A DNA stretch of 64,000 nt. Source: an uncultured Actinomycetota bacterium. Its GTDB lineage: Bacteria > Actinomycetota > Actinomycetes > Streptosporangiales > Streptosporangiaceae. Position numbers and translations under genes: made by a program. Of the stretch, positions 1 through 11,100 are shown in pieces (within the stretch, counting starts at the first letter, position 1; the number at the start of each line of letters is the position of its first letter). The notes beneath the pieces are model-generated. The model was given only the letters and a program-made list of their open reading frames with translations, was not told the DNA's origin and did not search any database. The stretch covers positions 52,972 to 116,971 of the forward strand of contig CAVUUF010000004.1 of NCBI GenBank assembly GCA_963744575.1, in the 5' to 3' direction.

Positions 1-609
1 GCCATGGGAGGCCGCGAGCTCGGCCAGCGTCGCCGCCAGCCTGCGCCCGGACTCGAAGTAGACCTGGGTGCGGCGGTCGCCGGCCAGCTCGGCGAAGCGC
101 CTGGTCCGCTCGCCCGGACCGCGCGGCGGGAATCCCTCGAAGCTGAACCGGTCGGTGGGCAGCCCGGAGACGGCCAGCGCGGTCGTCACCGCCGACGGGC
201 CGGGCAGCGCGGTCACCCGCAGGCCGGCCGCGGCCGCGGCGGCTACCAGCCGGTAGCCGGGATCACTGATCCCGGGTGTGCCCGCGTCGGTGACCAAGAG
301 CACGTCCCGGCCCGCCGCTAGCTCGTCAAGCAGGCCGGCCGTCCGGCGCGCCTCGACCGCGTCGTAGTAGGAGACGATGCGGGCCTTGAGCTCGATGTTC
401 AGGCTCGACGCCAGCCAGCGCACCCGCCGGGTGTCCTCGGCCGCGATCAGGGTGGCCCGGGCGAGCTCGGCAGCCAGCCGGGACGACGCGTCCTCGGGCC
501 GGCCGATGGGCACCGCGGCCAGTGTCAGCAGGCCGGCCTGGCCGGTCTCGCGGTCACCCTGGCCGGCCTCGTAGTCCTCGCGGGCCTCGCCCGTCACCGA
601 TCCCGGCAT
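1..609 (-). CDS. rsmI: 16S rRNA (cytidine1402-2'-O)-methyltransferase RsmI; 3' end runs off the left window edge
   Basis: The minus-strand frame is open from ATG (609..607) to position 1. The translation MPGSVTGE...[16 protein letters not shown]...[19 protein letters not shown]...[26 protein letters not shown] matches RsmI motifs. It is divergent from pmt, as in Rv1003/Rv1002c. Confidence 0.8.
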   Translation of the reverse strand, partial: MPGSVTGEAREDYEAGQGDRETGQAGLLTLAAVPIGRPEDASSRLAAELARATLIAAEDTRRVRWLASSLNIELKARIVSYYDAVEARRTAGLLDELAAGRDVLLVTDAGTPGISDPGYRLVAAAAAAGLRVTALPGPSAVTTALAVSGLPTDRFSFEGFPPRGPGERTRRFAELAGDRRTQVYFESGRRLAATLAELAASHG

Positions 610-2320
610 GTCCGTGTCGCACTCCATCCTGGGTTCGGGACCTTCACATCATCATCCGGCTAGCCCGGACTTTACCGTCGCCAGTAGCATGTGGCCGATG
701 ACGGCAACCGAGGCTGATAACCCCGCCGTGCCCGCCGCCGACGAAGCGAGCCGGCTGGCGGTCCTCCGCGCCCGGCTGGCGACGCCGATGCCGGACGACC
801 GGCCCTGGGGGTGGCTCGGCCCGCTGCTGGTCACCGCGTTCGCCGCGTTCCTGCGATTCAACCGGCTGCAGGTGCCGCGCGCGATCATCTTCGACGAGAC
901 CTACTACGCCAAGGACGCCTGGAGCATCCTGAACCATGGCGTGGAGTGGAACCTGGTCCAGAACGCGAACCAGCTGATCATCGCCGGGCACGCCAACATC
1001 TTCGCGCCCTGCAACGGCACCTCGGCGTGCGGCGAGTACGTGGTGCAGCCGGAGGTGGGCAAGCTGCTCATCGCCGTCGGCGAGTGGCTGTTCGGCCTGA
1101 ACTCGTTCGGCTGGCGGTTCGCCAGCGCGCTGTTCGGCTCGCTGGCCGTCCTGCTGATGTGCCGCATCGCCCGGCGCATGACCAGGTCCACCCTGCTCGG
1201 CTGCATCGCCGGGCTGCTGATGTCGCTGGACGGCCTGGAGTTCGTGCTCTCCCGGACCGGGATCCTGGACATCTTCCTGATGTTCTTCGTCCTCGCCGCG
1301 TTCGGCTGCGTCCTCATCGACCGCGACGTCTCCCGCGCCGACCTCGCCGAACGGGTCGCGCGCCGGGACGGCGGCGAGACCGGGCCCCGGCTCGGCATCC
1401 GCCGGTGGCGGGTGGCGGCCGGGTTGTTCCTCGGCCTGGCCGTGGGCACGAAGTGGGACGCGGTCTGGTACATCATCGGGTTCGCGGCCCTCGGCACCGC
1501 GTGGGACATCGGCGCGCGCCGGGCGGCCGGCCTGAAGTCCTTCGTCCGCGGCGCGCTCCGCGAGACCGTGTGGCTCCCGGTGACCTTCGTGCTGATCCCG
1601 CTGGCCGTCTATCTCGTCAGCTGGAGCGGCTGGTTCGCGACGAGCACCGGCTATGACCGGAACTACGCGCAGCAGCACGGCGTGCACACCCCGGTAATCT
1701 CGGCCCTGTACTCGCTGTGGGAGTACCACTGGCAGGCGATCACCTTCGGCGTGGGCCTGCGCAGCCCGCATCCGTACCAGTCGCAGCCGTGGGACTGGCT
1801 GCTGATCACCCGGCCGGTGGCCTTCTTCTACGAGTGCTACACCGGGCCGGTGGCCAGCTCGTCCCACTACTGCCCGTCGGGTTACACCGGCACCGAGTGG
1901 TCGCAGGAAGTGCTCGCGGTCGGGACCCCGGCGATCTGGTGGGGCTCCATGCTGGCCCTGCTGTTCTGCCTGGGCTGGTGGCTGCTGCACCGGGACTGGC
2001 GGGCCGGGGCGGTGCTGTGTGGCGTGCTGGCGGGCTGGGGGCCGTGGTTCCCGCTGGTGACCCGGACCAAGTTCTACTACTACGCCCTGGAATTCGAGCC
2101 CTTCCTCATCCTGGCCATCACGCTGTGCCTGGGGCTGATCCTCGGGCCCGCCTCGGCGGGCCTGCTGCGCCGGGCCACCGGCGCCCTGATCGTCGGCACC
2201 TACGTGCTGTGCACCCTGCTCATGTTCTGGTACTTCTATTCGATCCTGGCCGGTCAGGTGATCCCCTACCATGACTGGTACGCCCACATGTGGTACCGGA
2301 TCGGCCGCGGCTGGATTTAA
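608..2320 (+). CDS. pmt: Polyprenyl-phosphate-mannose--protein O-mannosyltransferase (GT39, Pmt)
   Basis: 570-aa multi-TM ORF with the hallmark [12 protein letters not shown] loop motif and TAA stop. The real start is more likely ATG 689 or 698, because 608 overlaps the rsmI start. Confidence 0.85.
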   Translation: MSVSHSILGSGPSHHHPASPDFTVASSMWPMTATEADNPAVPAADEASRLAVLRARLATPMPDDRPWGWLGPLLVTAFAAFLRFNRLQVPRAIIFDETYYAKDAWSILNHGVEWNLVQNANQLIIAGHANIFAPCNGTSACGEYVVQPEVGKLLIAVGEWLFGLNSFGWRFASALFGSLAVLLMCRIARRMTRSTLLGCIAGLLMSLDGLEFVLSRTGILDIFLMFFVLAAFGCVLIDRDVSRADLAERVARRDGGETGPRLGIRRWRVAAGLFLGLAVGTKWDAVWYIIGFAALGTAWDIGARRAAGLKSFVRGALRETVWLPVTFVLIPLAVYLVSWSGWFATSTGYDRNYAQQHGVHTPVISALYSLWEYHWQAITFGVGLRSPHPYQSQPWDWLLITRPVAFFYECYTGPVASSSHYCPSGYTGTEWSQEVLAVGTPAIWWGSMLALLFCLGWWLLHRDWRAGAVLCGVLAGWGPWFPLVTRTKFYYYALEFEPFLILAITLCLGLILGPASAGLLRRATGALIVGTYVLCTLLMFWYFYSILAGQVIPYHDWYAHMWYRIGRGWI

Positions 2321-2540
2321 GCGTCCCTCGGGCGCTACCGGGCCGGGGCGACCCGGCGACCAGCTCAGGCAATCCCCTCAGGCCGCATTCAGATTACGTT
2401 CAGCCAGGGTGGGCATCCTAGTGTTTACGCCGTTAGCGGAGGGGCAGGCGCGATGGCCGTCGGCGACGTGATTTCCGCAACAGGGGGACGTTTCCGGGCC
2501 TGTTGTGCGTCTATATACAGTGGGATGACCAACAACCGGG

Positions 2541-3128
2541 GTGAACATGAGCCGAGCCGAACACACTAGCGAGGATCGCGCGCGTTTTGAGCGCGACGTC
2601 ATTCCGCAGCTCGGCCAGTTGTACCCGGCTGCACTCCGGATGACGAGGAACCCGACCGACGCGGAGGACCTCGTCCAGGAGACTACGGTCAAGGCCTACG
2701 CGGCGTTCCAGCAGTTCACCCCGGGCACCAACCTGCGGGCGTGGCTGAACCGGATCCTGACCACCACCTTCATCAATGTCTACCGCAAGCGGCGCCGCGA
2801 GCCCCAGCAGGCGCTCGGCGGCGACCTGCAGGAATGGCAGATGTCGGCGGACCGGCTGACGCCGCCGGTGCCTTCGGCCGAGGCGGAGGCGCTGGACCGC
2901 ACCACCGACTCAGACCTGCTGCGGGCGCTGCGCGACCTGCCAGGCGAGTTCCGCACCGCGGTGTACCTGGCCGACATCGAGGGCTACCCCTACCGCGAGA
3001 TCGCCGAGATCATGGGGACGCCGGTCGGCACCGTGATGTCCCGGCTGCACCGCGGCCGCAGGAAGATCCGGGAGCAGCTGATGGCCGGCGGGTTCGGCAC
3101 CGCGCCAGCCGAGTCGCCCGGCGCATGA
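2541..3128 (+). CDS. ECF RNA polymerase sigma factor, SigR/SigH-like
   Basis: 195 aa. It contains [61 protein letters not shown] (region 2) and [41 protein letters not shown] (region 4). ATG 2547 is an alternative start. Confidence 0.85.
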   Translation: MNMSRAEHTSEDRARFERDVIPQLGQLYPAALRMTRNPTDAEDLVQETTVKAYAAFQQFTPGTNLRAWLNRILTTTFINVYRKRRREPQQALGGDLQEWQMSADRLTPPVPSAEAEALDRTTDSDLLRALRDLPGEFRTAVYLADIEGYPYREIAEIMGTPVGTVMSRLHRGRRKIREQLMAGGFGTAPAESPGA

Positions 3129-3405
3129 GGTGCGCCTCGCGGTGACTCGCCGACTGTGATGCAGGTTCGCGGTGCTGTCGCCGGACAGGTGTTCTCCGGT
3201 GTTGTCGCCGGACAGGATTTTGCCGCCCGGGACGGGCGCGCCTTAAGCCCAGGGACAGTCGCCGCTCTATAATCGTGCGCTGAGACCGGTGATCGGACGG
3301 ACAGGCACTGGGGCGGGCACGGTCCACCGCATCGCGCGCGCCGGGCGGAAGGGTGGGCTGCATGTGGCCCCGGCGGCAGCAAATCGCGCGGGTTAAGGCC
3401 GGTCC

Positions 3406-4713
3406 ATGACGTACCAGTGGCTCACCCCCGTGCAGTGCGCGGCAGCGCTGCTGCTGCTCGTGGCCAGCGCGGCGCTGATGCTGATGGCGCAGCGCCGCAA
3501 CTGGCGGCCCTCACTGGCGCTGGCGATCTACACCGCCCTGGTGCTGCGGCTGGCCATGGCGGCCTGCACATACCGCCTTAAGCCCTGGGACCTGGCCAAC
3601 GACTTCCAGACAGCGGGCTACAACGTCCTGCATCACCGTGACCCCGTCTTGTACGCGCGCCCGACCGGCTGGGATTACCTGCCCGTTTATGGTTTCGTGC
3701 TGGCCGGAGCGTACTGGGCATTTCTGCACCTGCCCCTGTCCTGGGTGGTCATCGCCCGGATCCCGGCGATCATGTTTGACCTCGGGGTTGTCGTACTGGT
3801 CGGCACGGTGGCTGGCACGGCCGGCGAGCGGCCGGCGCTGCGCAGGTTCCAGTACGCCTGCAATCCGCTTGCCATCCTGGTCAGCGGCCTGCACGGCCAG
3901 ATGGAGCCGGCCTGCCTGCTGTTCTCGCTGGCCGCGTTCGCCATCGTCTTGCGGGCAGGCCCGGGGGTCTCTGGCCGCCTGGCCGTTACCGCCGGCGCTC
4001 TGCTCGGCCTGGCGATAGGAATCAAGACGTGGCCGGTCCTGTTTGGCCCGGCACTGTTGCTGGCGCTGCCCTCATGGCGGCGCCGCGCGCAGTTCGCGGC
4101 GGCAGCCGCCGGTGTCCCCGCGTTGCTGTTCGCATCGCTGCCGGTCACCGTCGGCACGCCGGTCGCCAAGCTGCCCTACGTGGCCAAGGCGATCATTGAC
4201 TACCATCCCGTCACAGTGGACTGGGGTGTGGGGGGGCTGTGGCGGGCTATCCATCACACCAGGCTTACGGACTGGAAGAACGTACTGTGGCTGAACGTGG
4301 GATCGATCGGCGCCCTCGCCGCCGTGGTCGTGGCGCTGCTCGCGCTGTGGTGGTGGCGCCATGCCCATCCCCTGGATGTCGCCACGGCGACCACGACGGC
4401 GCTCGTGGCGATCACGCCGGCCATGGGTTACCAGTACCTGCTCTGGCAGGCGCCGTCGGCCGTCGCCAGGCCGACCCGGCTGTCGGTGCCGCTGCAGATC
4501 GCGCTCGCCGCTTACGCGGCCATGTTCTACCTGCCGATGGACATGCTGACCTCGCGCTACTGGAAAATGGCCAACGCCCTGATGATGTTGTTCAGCCTCG
4601 GCGCCGTCGCGTTCATGATCGCCGCCTTGCCGTGGCGACGGCGGCGGTGGCATCCGGCCCGGCCGCACCAGCAACCCGCGGCCGCGCATGCCGCCGACGT
4701 GACGGCGGCCTGA
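3406..4713 (+). CDS. Polytopic membrane protein, probable GT-C-fold glycosyltransferase (DUF2029/GT87-like)
   Basis: 435 aa with many hydrophobic helices. An early loop (DFQTAGYNVL...GWDYLPVYG) resembles GT87 mannosyltransferases. The family call is tentative. Confidence 0.55.
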   Translation: MTYQWLTPVQCAAALLLLVASAALMLMAQRRNWRPSLALAIYTALVLRLAMAACTYRLKPWDLANDFQTAGYNVLHHRDPVLYARPTGWDYLPVYGFVLAGAYWAFLHLPLSWVVIARIPAIMFDLGVVVLVGTVAGTAGERPALRRFQYACNPLAILVSGLHGQMEPACLLFSLAAFAIVLRAGPGVSGRLAVTAGALLGLAIGIKTWPVLFGPALLLALPSWRRRAQFAAAAAGVPALLFASLPVTVGTPVAKLPYVAKAIIDYHPVTVDWGVGGLWRAIHHTRLTDWKNVLWLNVGSIGALAAVVVALLALWWWRHAHPLDVATATTTALVAITPAMGYQYLLWQAPSAVARPTRLSVPLQIALAAYAAMFYLPMDMLTSRYWKMANALMMLFSLGAVAFMIAALPWRRRRWHPARPHQQPAAAHAADVTAA

Positions 4714-4737
4714 CACCCCGCCCTTGGAATAGGTCGT

Positions 4738-6174
4738 CTAGCTCTTCCCCGGTCCGCACTGGGCCGGAACGGACTGCGGCTGCGGCGTGAGCTTCAGCTT
4801 CCAGGACAGCCACGGCAGCGAAGCCGGGAAGGCCTGCTTCCAGAAGGCGAAATCGTGGGCGCCCGGTGGCGTCGACATGCAGGTGTCGATCCCCGCCGTC
4901 GACGCCAGCCCTCGCAGCGTGTCGGCGGCCCGCACGCTCAGCGGATCCTGGGCTCCGGCCGTGAACCAGCCCGCCATGCCAGCGAACCGCTGGTGCGTCA
5001 GGATGTACGGCGGGTTGTTGGCGTTGTAGCTGGCGGCTGAGCCGCCGAACAGCACTTGAATGGTCTGCTGCTGGTCGTCGTCCTGATACGTGGGTGACAC
5101 GTAGCCGGAGTACATGGCGAAGACCGGGGAGTTCTTGTAGTTATGGAGGGCCAGGGTCACGGCGCACGTGGCGCCGGCCGAAAACCCCCCGATCGCCAAT
5201 GATCCCGGAGCCGTGCTGGCGTTGAAGTTCTTCCGCATGAACGCGGGCACCGTCTGGGTCAGGTACGTCTCCACCTGCCCGAAGACCGCGGTGTTGACGC
5301 ACTCGGAGTCCGCGTCGAACGACCCGTTGGAGTCCGGCATCACGAGTATCGGCGCCACCCCGTGGTGCTGCTCGGCGAAGGCCAGCGCCGTCGTGTCCGC
5401 GTAGGCCGCGCGGGTCCAGTCCGAAGGGTCGCCGGGAACGCCGTGCAGCAGCTCGATGACCGGCAACTGAGGCTGGGTGCGCGCGAACCACGCGGGGGGT
5501 ACCCACACGTACGCCGGCCGGGGCGTGAACCGCAGGTTGGTCCCCGGGATGGGAACGCTCAGCGTAGCGCCGTGGTCGGGCAGCTTGCCGCTCCTGGCCA
5601 CCTCGTCGCGCATGGCGGTGAGCTGCGCGTTGTCCATGAAGTGGCCGGCGTTCTGGCCGAACAGGCGGGCGAAGGTCGGGTAGTACGCGAACGTCTGATT
5701 CGCCGCGCTGCCCGCCGACACCACGGCCAGGACGACCGCGACCAGGCCGGCGATGCGGCGGGGCCAGTGGGCCCGGTGCCATCCGGCCGCGACCAGGCCG
5801 GCCACCAGGCACGCCACGCCCAGCCAGACGTACATGGACCGGGGCGCGCCGTCCGGGACCGCCTGCATGAGGTGCAGCCCGGCGAACAGCAGGACGACGA
5901 AGGCGATGCCGATCGGGATGCCGATCGCGAACTCCTTCAGCACGTCCCGGCGGGCAACCACCGCGATCACGCAGAGCGCCACCGTGACCCAGAACAAGAA
6001 CGCCGGGAACCAGCCGGAGACGATCGAGATGTTGCCTACATTGACCGTGGCGGCCACGATCACGGCGGCCACGGCCACGGCCACGGCCGCCGCCGCGACG
6101 ACCGCCAGGACCCGCCGCCGGGTACGGGACGGGCTGGTAGCTTGCTGGTTCGGGGCGCGGGTCTGGGTGCTCAT
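4738..6174 (-). CDS. Membrane-anchored esterase-family alpha/beta hydrolase
   Basis: The C-terminal domain has LLHGVPGDPSDW and a GGFSAGA (GxSxG) nucleophile elbow typical of the esterase D/mycolyltransferase-like family. The N-terminal third is multi-TM. I chose ATG 6174 (MSTQTRAPN...) rather than the ORF maximum at 6345. Confidence 0.75.
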   Translation of the reverse strand: MSTQTRAPNQQATSPSRTRRRVLAVVAAAAVAVAVAAVIVAATVNVGNISIVSGWFPAFLFWVTVALCVIAVVARRDVLKEFAIGIPIGIAFVVLLFAGLHLMQAVPDGAPRSMYVWLGVACLVAGLVAAGWHRAHWPRRIAGLVAVVLAVVSAGSAANQTFAYYPTFARLFGQNAGHFMDNAQLTAMRDEVARSGKLPDHGATLSVPIPGTNLRFTPRPAYVWVPPAWFARTQPQLPVIELLHGVPGDPSDWTRAAYADTTALAFAEQHHGVAPILVMPDSNGSFDADSECVNTAVFGQVETYLTQTVPAFMRKNFNASTAPGSLAIGGFSAGATCAVTLALHNYKNSPVFAMYSGYVSPTYQDDDQQQTIQVLFGGSAASYNANNPPYILTHQRFAGMAGWFTAGAQDPLSVRAADTLRGLASTAGIDTCMSTPPGAHDFAFWKQAFPASLPWLSWKLKLTPQPQSVPAQCGPGKS

Positions 6175-6390
6175 GGTGGATACCTGTCTTCTCGGCGCAG
6201 CCGTCCGGCGTGGATGAATCCACTGTCGGCCGGGCCGGGACCGCAGTCCCTGGGGAAAGTCCCTAGTTCGCCTCCCCAGGGAGGCTCCCTGGCCAGTACC
6301 GGCTCCAGGCCGGCTGGTCAGCGTGGTACCTGGACCAGAGCCCATGCGATGGTGCCTGGTGGCGGCTGGTTCCCGCCGGGGCTGCCGTAC

Positions 6391-8055
6391 TTAGGCCCGG
6401 TACAGGGTGAGCATGACCTCGCCAGCCTGCCAGCGGTGAATGATGCGCCAGCCGGCCAGCAGCGCCATCTTCTCCTTGTCCACCGGCGTGGACGGCGTCG
6501 GGAACTTGTAGTTGCTGCCTCCGGTGACCACCCACACCCTCCTGACATCGGTGAAGCGGCTGTTCAGCAGCGCGGGACTGGTGATCTCGGTACCGGTCAG
6601 GGTGGCCGAGGCGGTCGGCGACTCGGCCAGCGCTATGTCACGCAGCCGCAGGAACGGCGCCGGGTATCCGGTGCCGAGCACGTGCATCTCGACCGGGATG
6701 TAGAAGACCACGTCGCCGGGCTGCTCGTTAGCCGCCACGATGGCCGAGGCCCGCCGCAGGTTGTCCGGCCGGGCGGCGGTCTGCCTGATCGCCTGCTGCG
6801 GCCCGGCCAGCAGGACGGCGAGGCCCGCGACGACCAGCGCGGCCGGCAGCCAGGCCAGCCGCAGCCTGCCGAGCGGGGTGCCCGCCGCGAACCTGAGCAG
6901 CCCGACCAGGCCCGCGGCGGCCAGGATCGACAGCGCGGGCAGGCAGAACTCGACGTAGCGCACGTAGTAGACCGGCTTGACGAACGACACCGCGATCAGC
7001 AGGAGCGGCGGTACCACCAGCCACGGCAGCGCGATCGCGGCCGGGTTGAGCGGGCGCCAGTCGTCCAGCAGCCAGGCGGCCACCAGGCCGGCCAGCGCGA
7101 GCAGCGCGAACGGGATGATCAGCGACCGGGAGCCCGCGAGGTCGGTGAGGAGCCGTGCGATCGTGCCGAAGCCGGGGCGGGTCAGCCAGGCGATCTGCTT
7201 CTGCTCGTGCGCGGCGACGCGGAGCAGCGGGACGAGCACCACCAGCGCAGCCGCCGAGACGGCCAGCCAGCGCAGCGGGATGCGGCCGATCCGCCGTCCC
7301 GCCGGGGACCGGCCGCGGTCGTCGGTCAGCAGCAGCGTTACGCCGTGCGCCGCCAGGATCAGCAAGCCGAACAGGTTGACCAGGCCGGTCAGCGCGACGG
7401 CGCCCCCGTACGCCGACCACCAGCGCCAGCGGCCGTCCGGGTAGGCCCGGAGCAGTAGGTAGCAGGCGATCGTGGCGAACATCGTCTCGATCGCGTAGGA
7501 CCTGGCCATCTGCGCGTAGTAGGTCATGTAGGGCGCGGTCGCGAACAGCAGCCCGGCCAGCAGCCCGGTCAGCGCCGGAATGTCCGGCGCGGGCCCCTGG
7601 GTGCGCGGGCCGAGGGCCAGGGCGGCCGACCAGCGGCCGATCGCCGCCACGAACCCGGTCGCGACGACCATGGCGCACAGCGACGGGAACCGCAGCGCCG
7701 TGGCCGAGGTGCCGACAGCAGCCGTGATGACGTGCATGAGCACGTAGTAGGCCCCGTGCACCGCATCCTGGTGGCCGAGCATGGCGAAGATCTGGCTGAT
7801 CGGCCGCCCTATGGCGTCCTTGGTGTACGCTTCGTCCCGCCAGAGCGAGGGCTCGCCGATCTGGTATCCGCCGACGACGAACGAGATGGCCGCGGGGATC
7901 GCGATGACCAGCCACCCGGCCCGCCGCCGGGGCCGGACCCGGCCGGGAGGGGGAGGCCCCGCAGCGCGCTCCGCCCGCCAGGGTTCCGGCACGTGCGGTT
8001 GCGGCGCCGCGACCGCCGCGTTCGCGTCCTCGGGGCCGACGTCCCTTTCCGACAT
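6391..8055 (-). CDS. Membrane glycosyltransferase, GT39/ArnT-like (PMT_2 type)
   Basis: Polytopic protein with GGYQIGEPSLWRDEAYT in the first loop (ArnT/PMT_2-like) and a soluble C-terminal domain. ATG 8055 is preceded by GGGAAGG. The ORF maximum start is 8106. Confidence 0.65.
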   Translation of the reverse strand: MSERDVGPEDANAAVAAPQPHVPEPWRAERAAGPPPPGRVRPRRRAGWLVIAIPAAISFVVGGYQIGEPSLWRDEAYTKDAIGRPISQIFAMLGHQDAVHGAYYVLMHVITAAVGTSATALRFPSLCAMVVATGFVAAIGRWSAALALGPRTQGPAPDIPALTGLLAGLLFATAPYMTYYAQMARSYAIETMFATIACYLLLRAYPDGRWRWWSAYGGAVALTGLVNLFGLLILAAHGVTLLLTDDRGRSPAGRRIGRIPLRWLAVSAAALVVLVPLLRVAAHEQKQIAWLTRPGFGTIARLLTDLAGSRSLIIPFALLALAGLVAAWLLDDWRPLNPAAIALPWLVVPPLLLIAVSFVKPVYYVRYVEFCLPALSILAAAGLVGLLRFAAGTPLGRLRLAWLPAALVVAGLAVLLAGPQQAIRQTAARPDNLRRASAIVAANEQPGDVVFYIPVEMHVLGTGYPAPFLRLRDIALAESPTASATLTGTEITSPALLNSRFTDVRRVWVVTGGSNYKFPTPSTPVDKEKMALLAGWRIIHRWQAGEVMLTLYRA

Positions 8056-8194
8056 GTATGCCTTCCCGGGGGCCGTCTCCAGACCAGACGGCACCTTGAC
8101 CACCACACTATCCAGGCGGCACAGATGGGACGGCCACTGTTCACGCTCTCTTAATCTGCAGGTCCCGCCCCCATCCGCCCGGCCGCCCGCCTCG

Positions 8195-11100
8195 TCAGCC
8201 GCCGAAGAGGCGGTCGCAGATGCGGGCGCCGGCTTTGCCGTCGTCCAGGGAGCAGAACCTGGCCGCGAACCGCTGGTAGGCGTCGCGGTGGGCGGCGGCG
8301 ACCGGATCGATGTCCCGGACGGCCGCTATCACCTCGGCCGAACTGGCCAGCAGCGGGCCCGGCGCCTCGGCTTCGAGATCGAAGTAGAAGCCGCGCAGGT
8401 CGTCACGGTATTCGGCCAGGTCATAGGTGAAGAACAGGACCGGCCTGCCGGTGACCGCGTAATCGAACATGGCCGAGGAGTAGTCGGTGATCAGGACGTC
8501 GGAGACCAGGTACAGCTCGGTGATATCCGGGTACGCGGTGACGTTGACCGCGAAGCCGTCCCGCATTCCCGCGGGCACGTCGTCGGCCATGTGGTGGTGC
8601 CCGCGGATGAGGAAGACGTGGTCCCGGCCGAGTTCCCGCCAGGCCTGCTCCAGGTCCAGTCGCATGTCGAACCGGTACCTGCGGCCGTTGGCGTACACCT
8701 GGTTGTCCCGCCAGGTGGGCGCGTACAGCACGACCTTCTTGCCCGCGGGTAGCCCGAGCCGCTGCCGCACCCAGGCGGCCACCTCCGCGGTGTCGCCCCG
8801 CCGGAGCAGGTCGTTGCGCGGGTAGCCGTATTCGCAGATCTCCCCGTCGAACCTGAACGCGCGGCGCATGATCGGCGTGCTGACCGGGTTCGGCGAGAGC
8901 AGCAGGTCCCACTGCGCGATGTCCCTGGCCAGCTGGCCGAAGTACGCGGTCCCGCTGATGAACTGCGGGTTGGCGATGTCGAACCCGATCTTCTTCAGCG
9001 GCGTGCCGTGCCAGGTCTGCAGGTAGACCTGGCCGTCCCGCTTGCGGAACGGCGCCTGCATGTCGTCGTTGGAGATCAGGTACTTCGACCGGGCCAGCGC
9101 CTCGTAGTACTCCTGGGTGCCGCGGAGCACCCCGGTGCCGCCCGCGGGCACCGGCACCGACCAGTCGGTGACGGCCCACAGGTGCTCGCGGTCATCGCCC
9201 CGGCGGCGCAGTTCCGCCGCGATGCCGAGCGGGTTGTCGGCGCACTGCTTGCCTTTCCAGCTGACGAAGAAGACCGCGTCGCGTACCGGCGCGGTGCGCA
9301 GCATGGCCGGGTAGAACCCGCGCCGCAGCGAACGCTGGCCGAAGTTGCCCTGCTCGACGCGGCGCAGCCGCGGCTCGGCGGTGATCAGCGGATCGTCGTA
9401 GCCGGTGATCATCAGCCGGTACCATTTGCGCCCGGCGGCGACCCGCTGGCCGGCCACGTCCCCCAGCCGGCCGTGGTCGTACTTGAGCTCGGCCAGCGTC
9501 TCCGGGCCGCCGCCCGCCGGACGCAGGTACAGCCGCCACTCGCCGTCCCGCAGCGGGATGGCCGAGCCGAAGAACGGCATCCGGTCCAGGCTGGCCTCGA
9601 TGCTGAACCGCTCGCCCGCCGCGGTGAAGCCGATGACGTGGGAGTCGGCGGACCCGACCCGGCGCAGCAGCGTCTCGTGCTGATCCCCGCCGCGGGCCCC
9701 GGGGAAGCTGCCGCGCAGGACCAGGCGCCCGCCGGGCTGCCACTCGTGCTCGTCGATCACCGGGCGCGGCGTGCGTTCTGCCATCACAAGGTCACCGTAG
9801 CGGCTCTGGCCGGCCACGGCCTCCCGTCGGCCGAACAGGTGCCTGCTCTCCGCCATGCCGTCCGGCCACGCCACCCTGGCCCGGGCGCGGCCGGGCAGCT
9901 TGAGGTAGACGTCCCAGGCCATCTCGTCGTCGCCGGCCGTCCGGCCGGCCCGGTCCACCGGGCCGGCCGAGGCGGCCAGGTCGGACCGGGGGACGACCGC
10001 GCGGAACAGCCCGGGCCGGTTCCCCGGGCTGGCCGGGACCGAACGGGTGGCCGCTCCCCGGTTGCGGACGAGCACCAGTTCGGCCGGGCCGGCGCCGGCC
10101 TTCGGGTCCGCGTAGCCGGGCACCTCGACGTCGAGCACCGCGGCTCCCGGGTCGCCGTCCCGCCAGTCCAGGGCGGCGAGGACCGCGCCGAGCCGCCAGC
10201 GGGCCACGTTCAGGCCGAGGCCGGCCCAGCGGGCGCCGAACCGTTCGCCGGGCGCCACCTGGTGCGGCCGCGGCCGTTCCGCCGGGCCGGGCGCCGGGGT
10301 GTGCACCCGGGCCGGGCGCCAGACGCCGTGGCCGCGGATCAGCATGTAGCACTGCCACTCCCCGGTCTCCCGGAACCACCGGGGGCGGACCGTGAACCGG
10401 AAGCCCGACCAGTCGTAGTTGTAGCGGTCCTGCTCGGACAGCGCCGTCGCCTCCGGGTGCAGGAACGACCGGGCGGGCAGCACGCGGGGCAGCCGCCGGA
10501 TTCCGGGTCCGGGCGGGCGGAGCACCACGATCTTGGCGGTGTTCCTGCGCCGCGGGATGTCGACGGACGGGACGTTGGCCCGCCCGGTCACGACCAGCCG
10601 GTCGCCCTGCCCCCTTTTGTCACGGGGCCCCCTCGCGTCCCGGGCCCAGCCGATGTCGTCCACCTGCATGTACGGGTCCAGGTCCCGCCAGTGCGGCCGG
10701 AACACGCGGGCGGGGACCAGGACGGGCGAGTCCGTCCGGAACGGCAGGTCCGCGCGCAGCCTGCCGTGGCGGCGGATCATCGGCACCTGCCGTACCGGCT
10801 GCTCCATCATCCAGGCGGCCAGCTCGGCGAGCTGCGGCAGCGCCCGGATCCGGACCAGGTGGTAGGCCAGCTTGTGGGTGGCGGGCAGGCTGCGCAGCAC
10901 CCGGCCGCCGACGTGGTCCAGGTAGCCGTTCACCAGGTCGGCGAACTCGGCCCGGTAGGCCTCGGTCACTTTGTGCAGGTCCTGGACGTACAGCCACAGG
11001 TCGTTCTTGAGCGCCTTGCGCTGGTGGGCCCGGAGCAGGCGAGCCGTCGAGTTCGCGGCGATGAACGCGTCGATGTCGGCCAGCGCGGTCATCCGGTCCC

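Noticed and set aside
644-2287. Very long ORFs antisense to, or out of frame with, recognised genes. Examples are 644..2287(-), 5362..7458(+), 9008..11863(+), 11785..13788(+), 18264..20129(-), 19642..21492(-), 34709..36613(+), 43925..47095(+), 48200..49690(+) and 53685..55226(-).
   Set aside because: Their translations are Arg/Pro/Gly/Ala-rich with no family motifs. Each overlaps a gene with strong homology on the other strand or frame. This is the usual stop-codon-poor artefact of high-GC DNA.
2485-2511. An ECF-type autoregulatory promoter (GGGAC ... GTC/GTT) upstream of the sigma gene.
   Set aside because: The spacings (12 or 19 nt) and the bases do not fit the SigR/SigH GGAAT-N18-GTT consensus well enough to call.
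3159-3272. A 37-codon ORF downstream of the ECF sigma gene, considered as a candidate anti-sigma.
   Set aside because: It has no HxxxCxxC zinc motif, no TM segment and no RBS. Its repetitive GAVAGQ/GVVAGQ coding simply reflects the DNA direct repeat.
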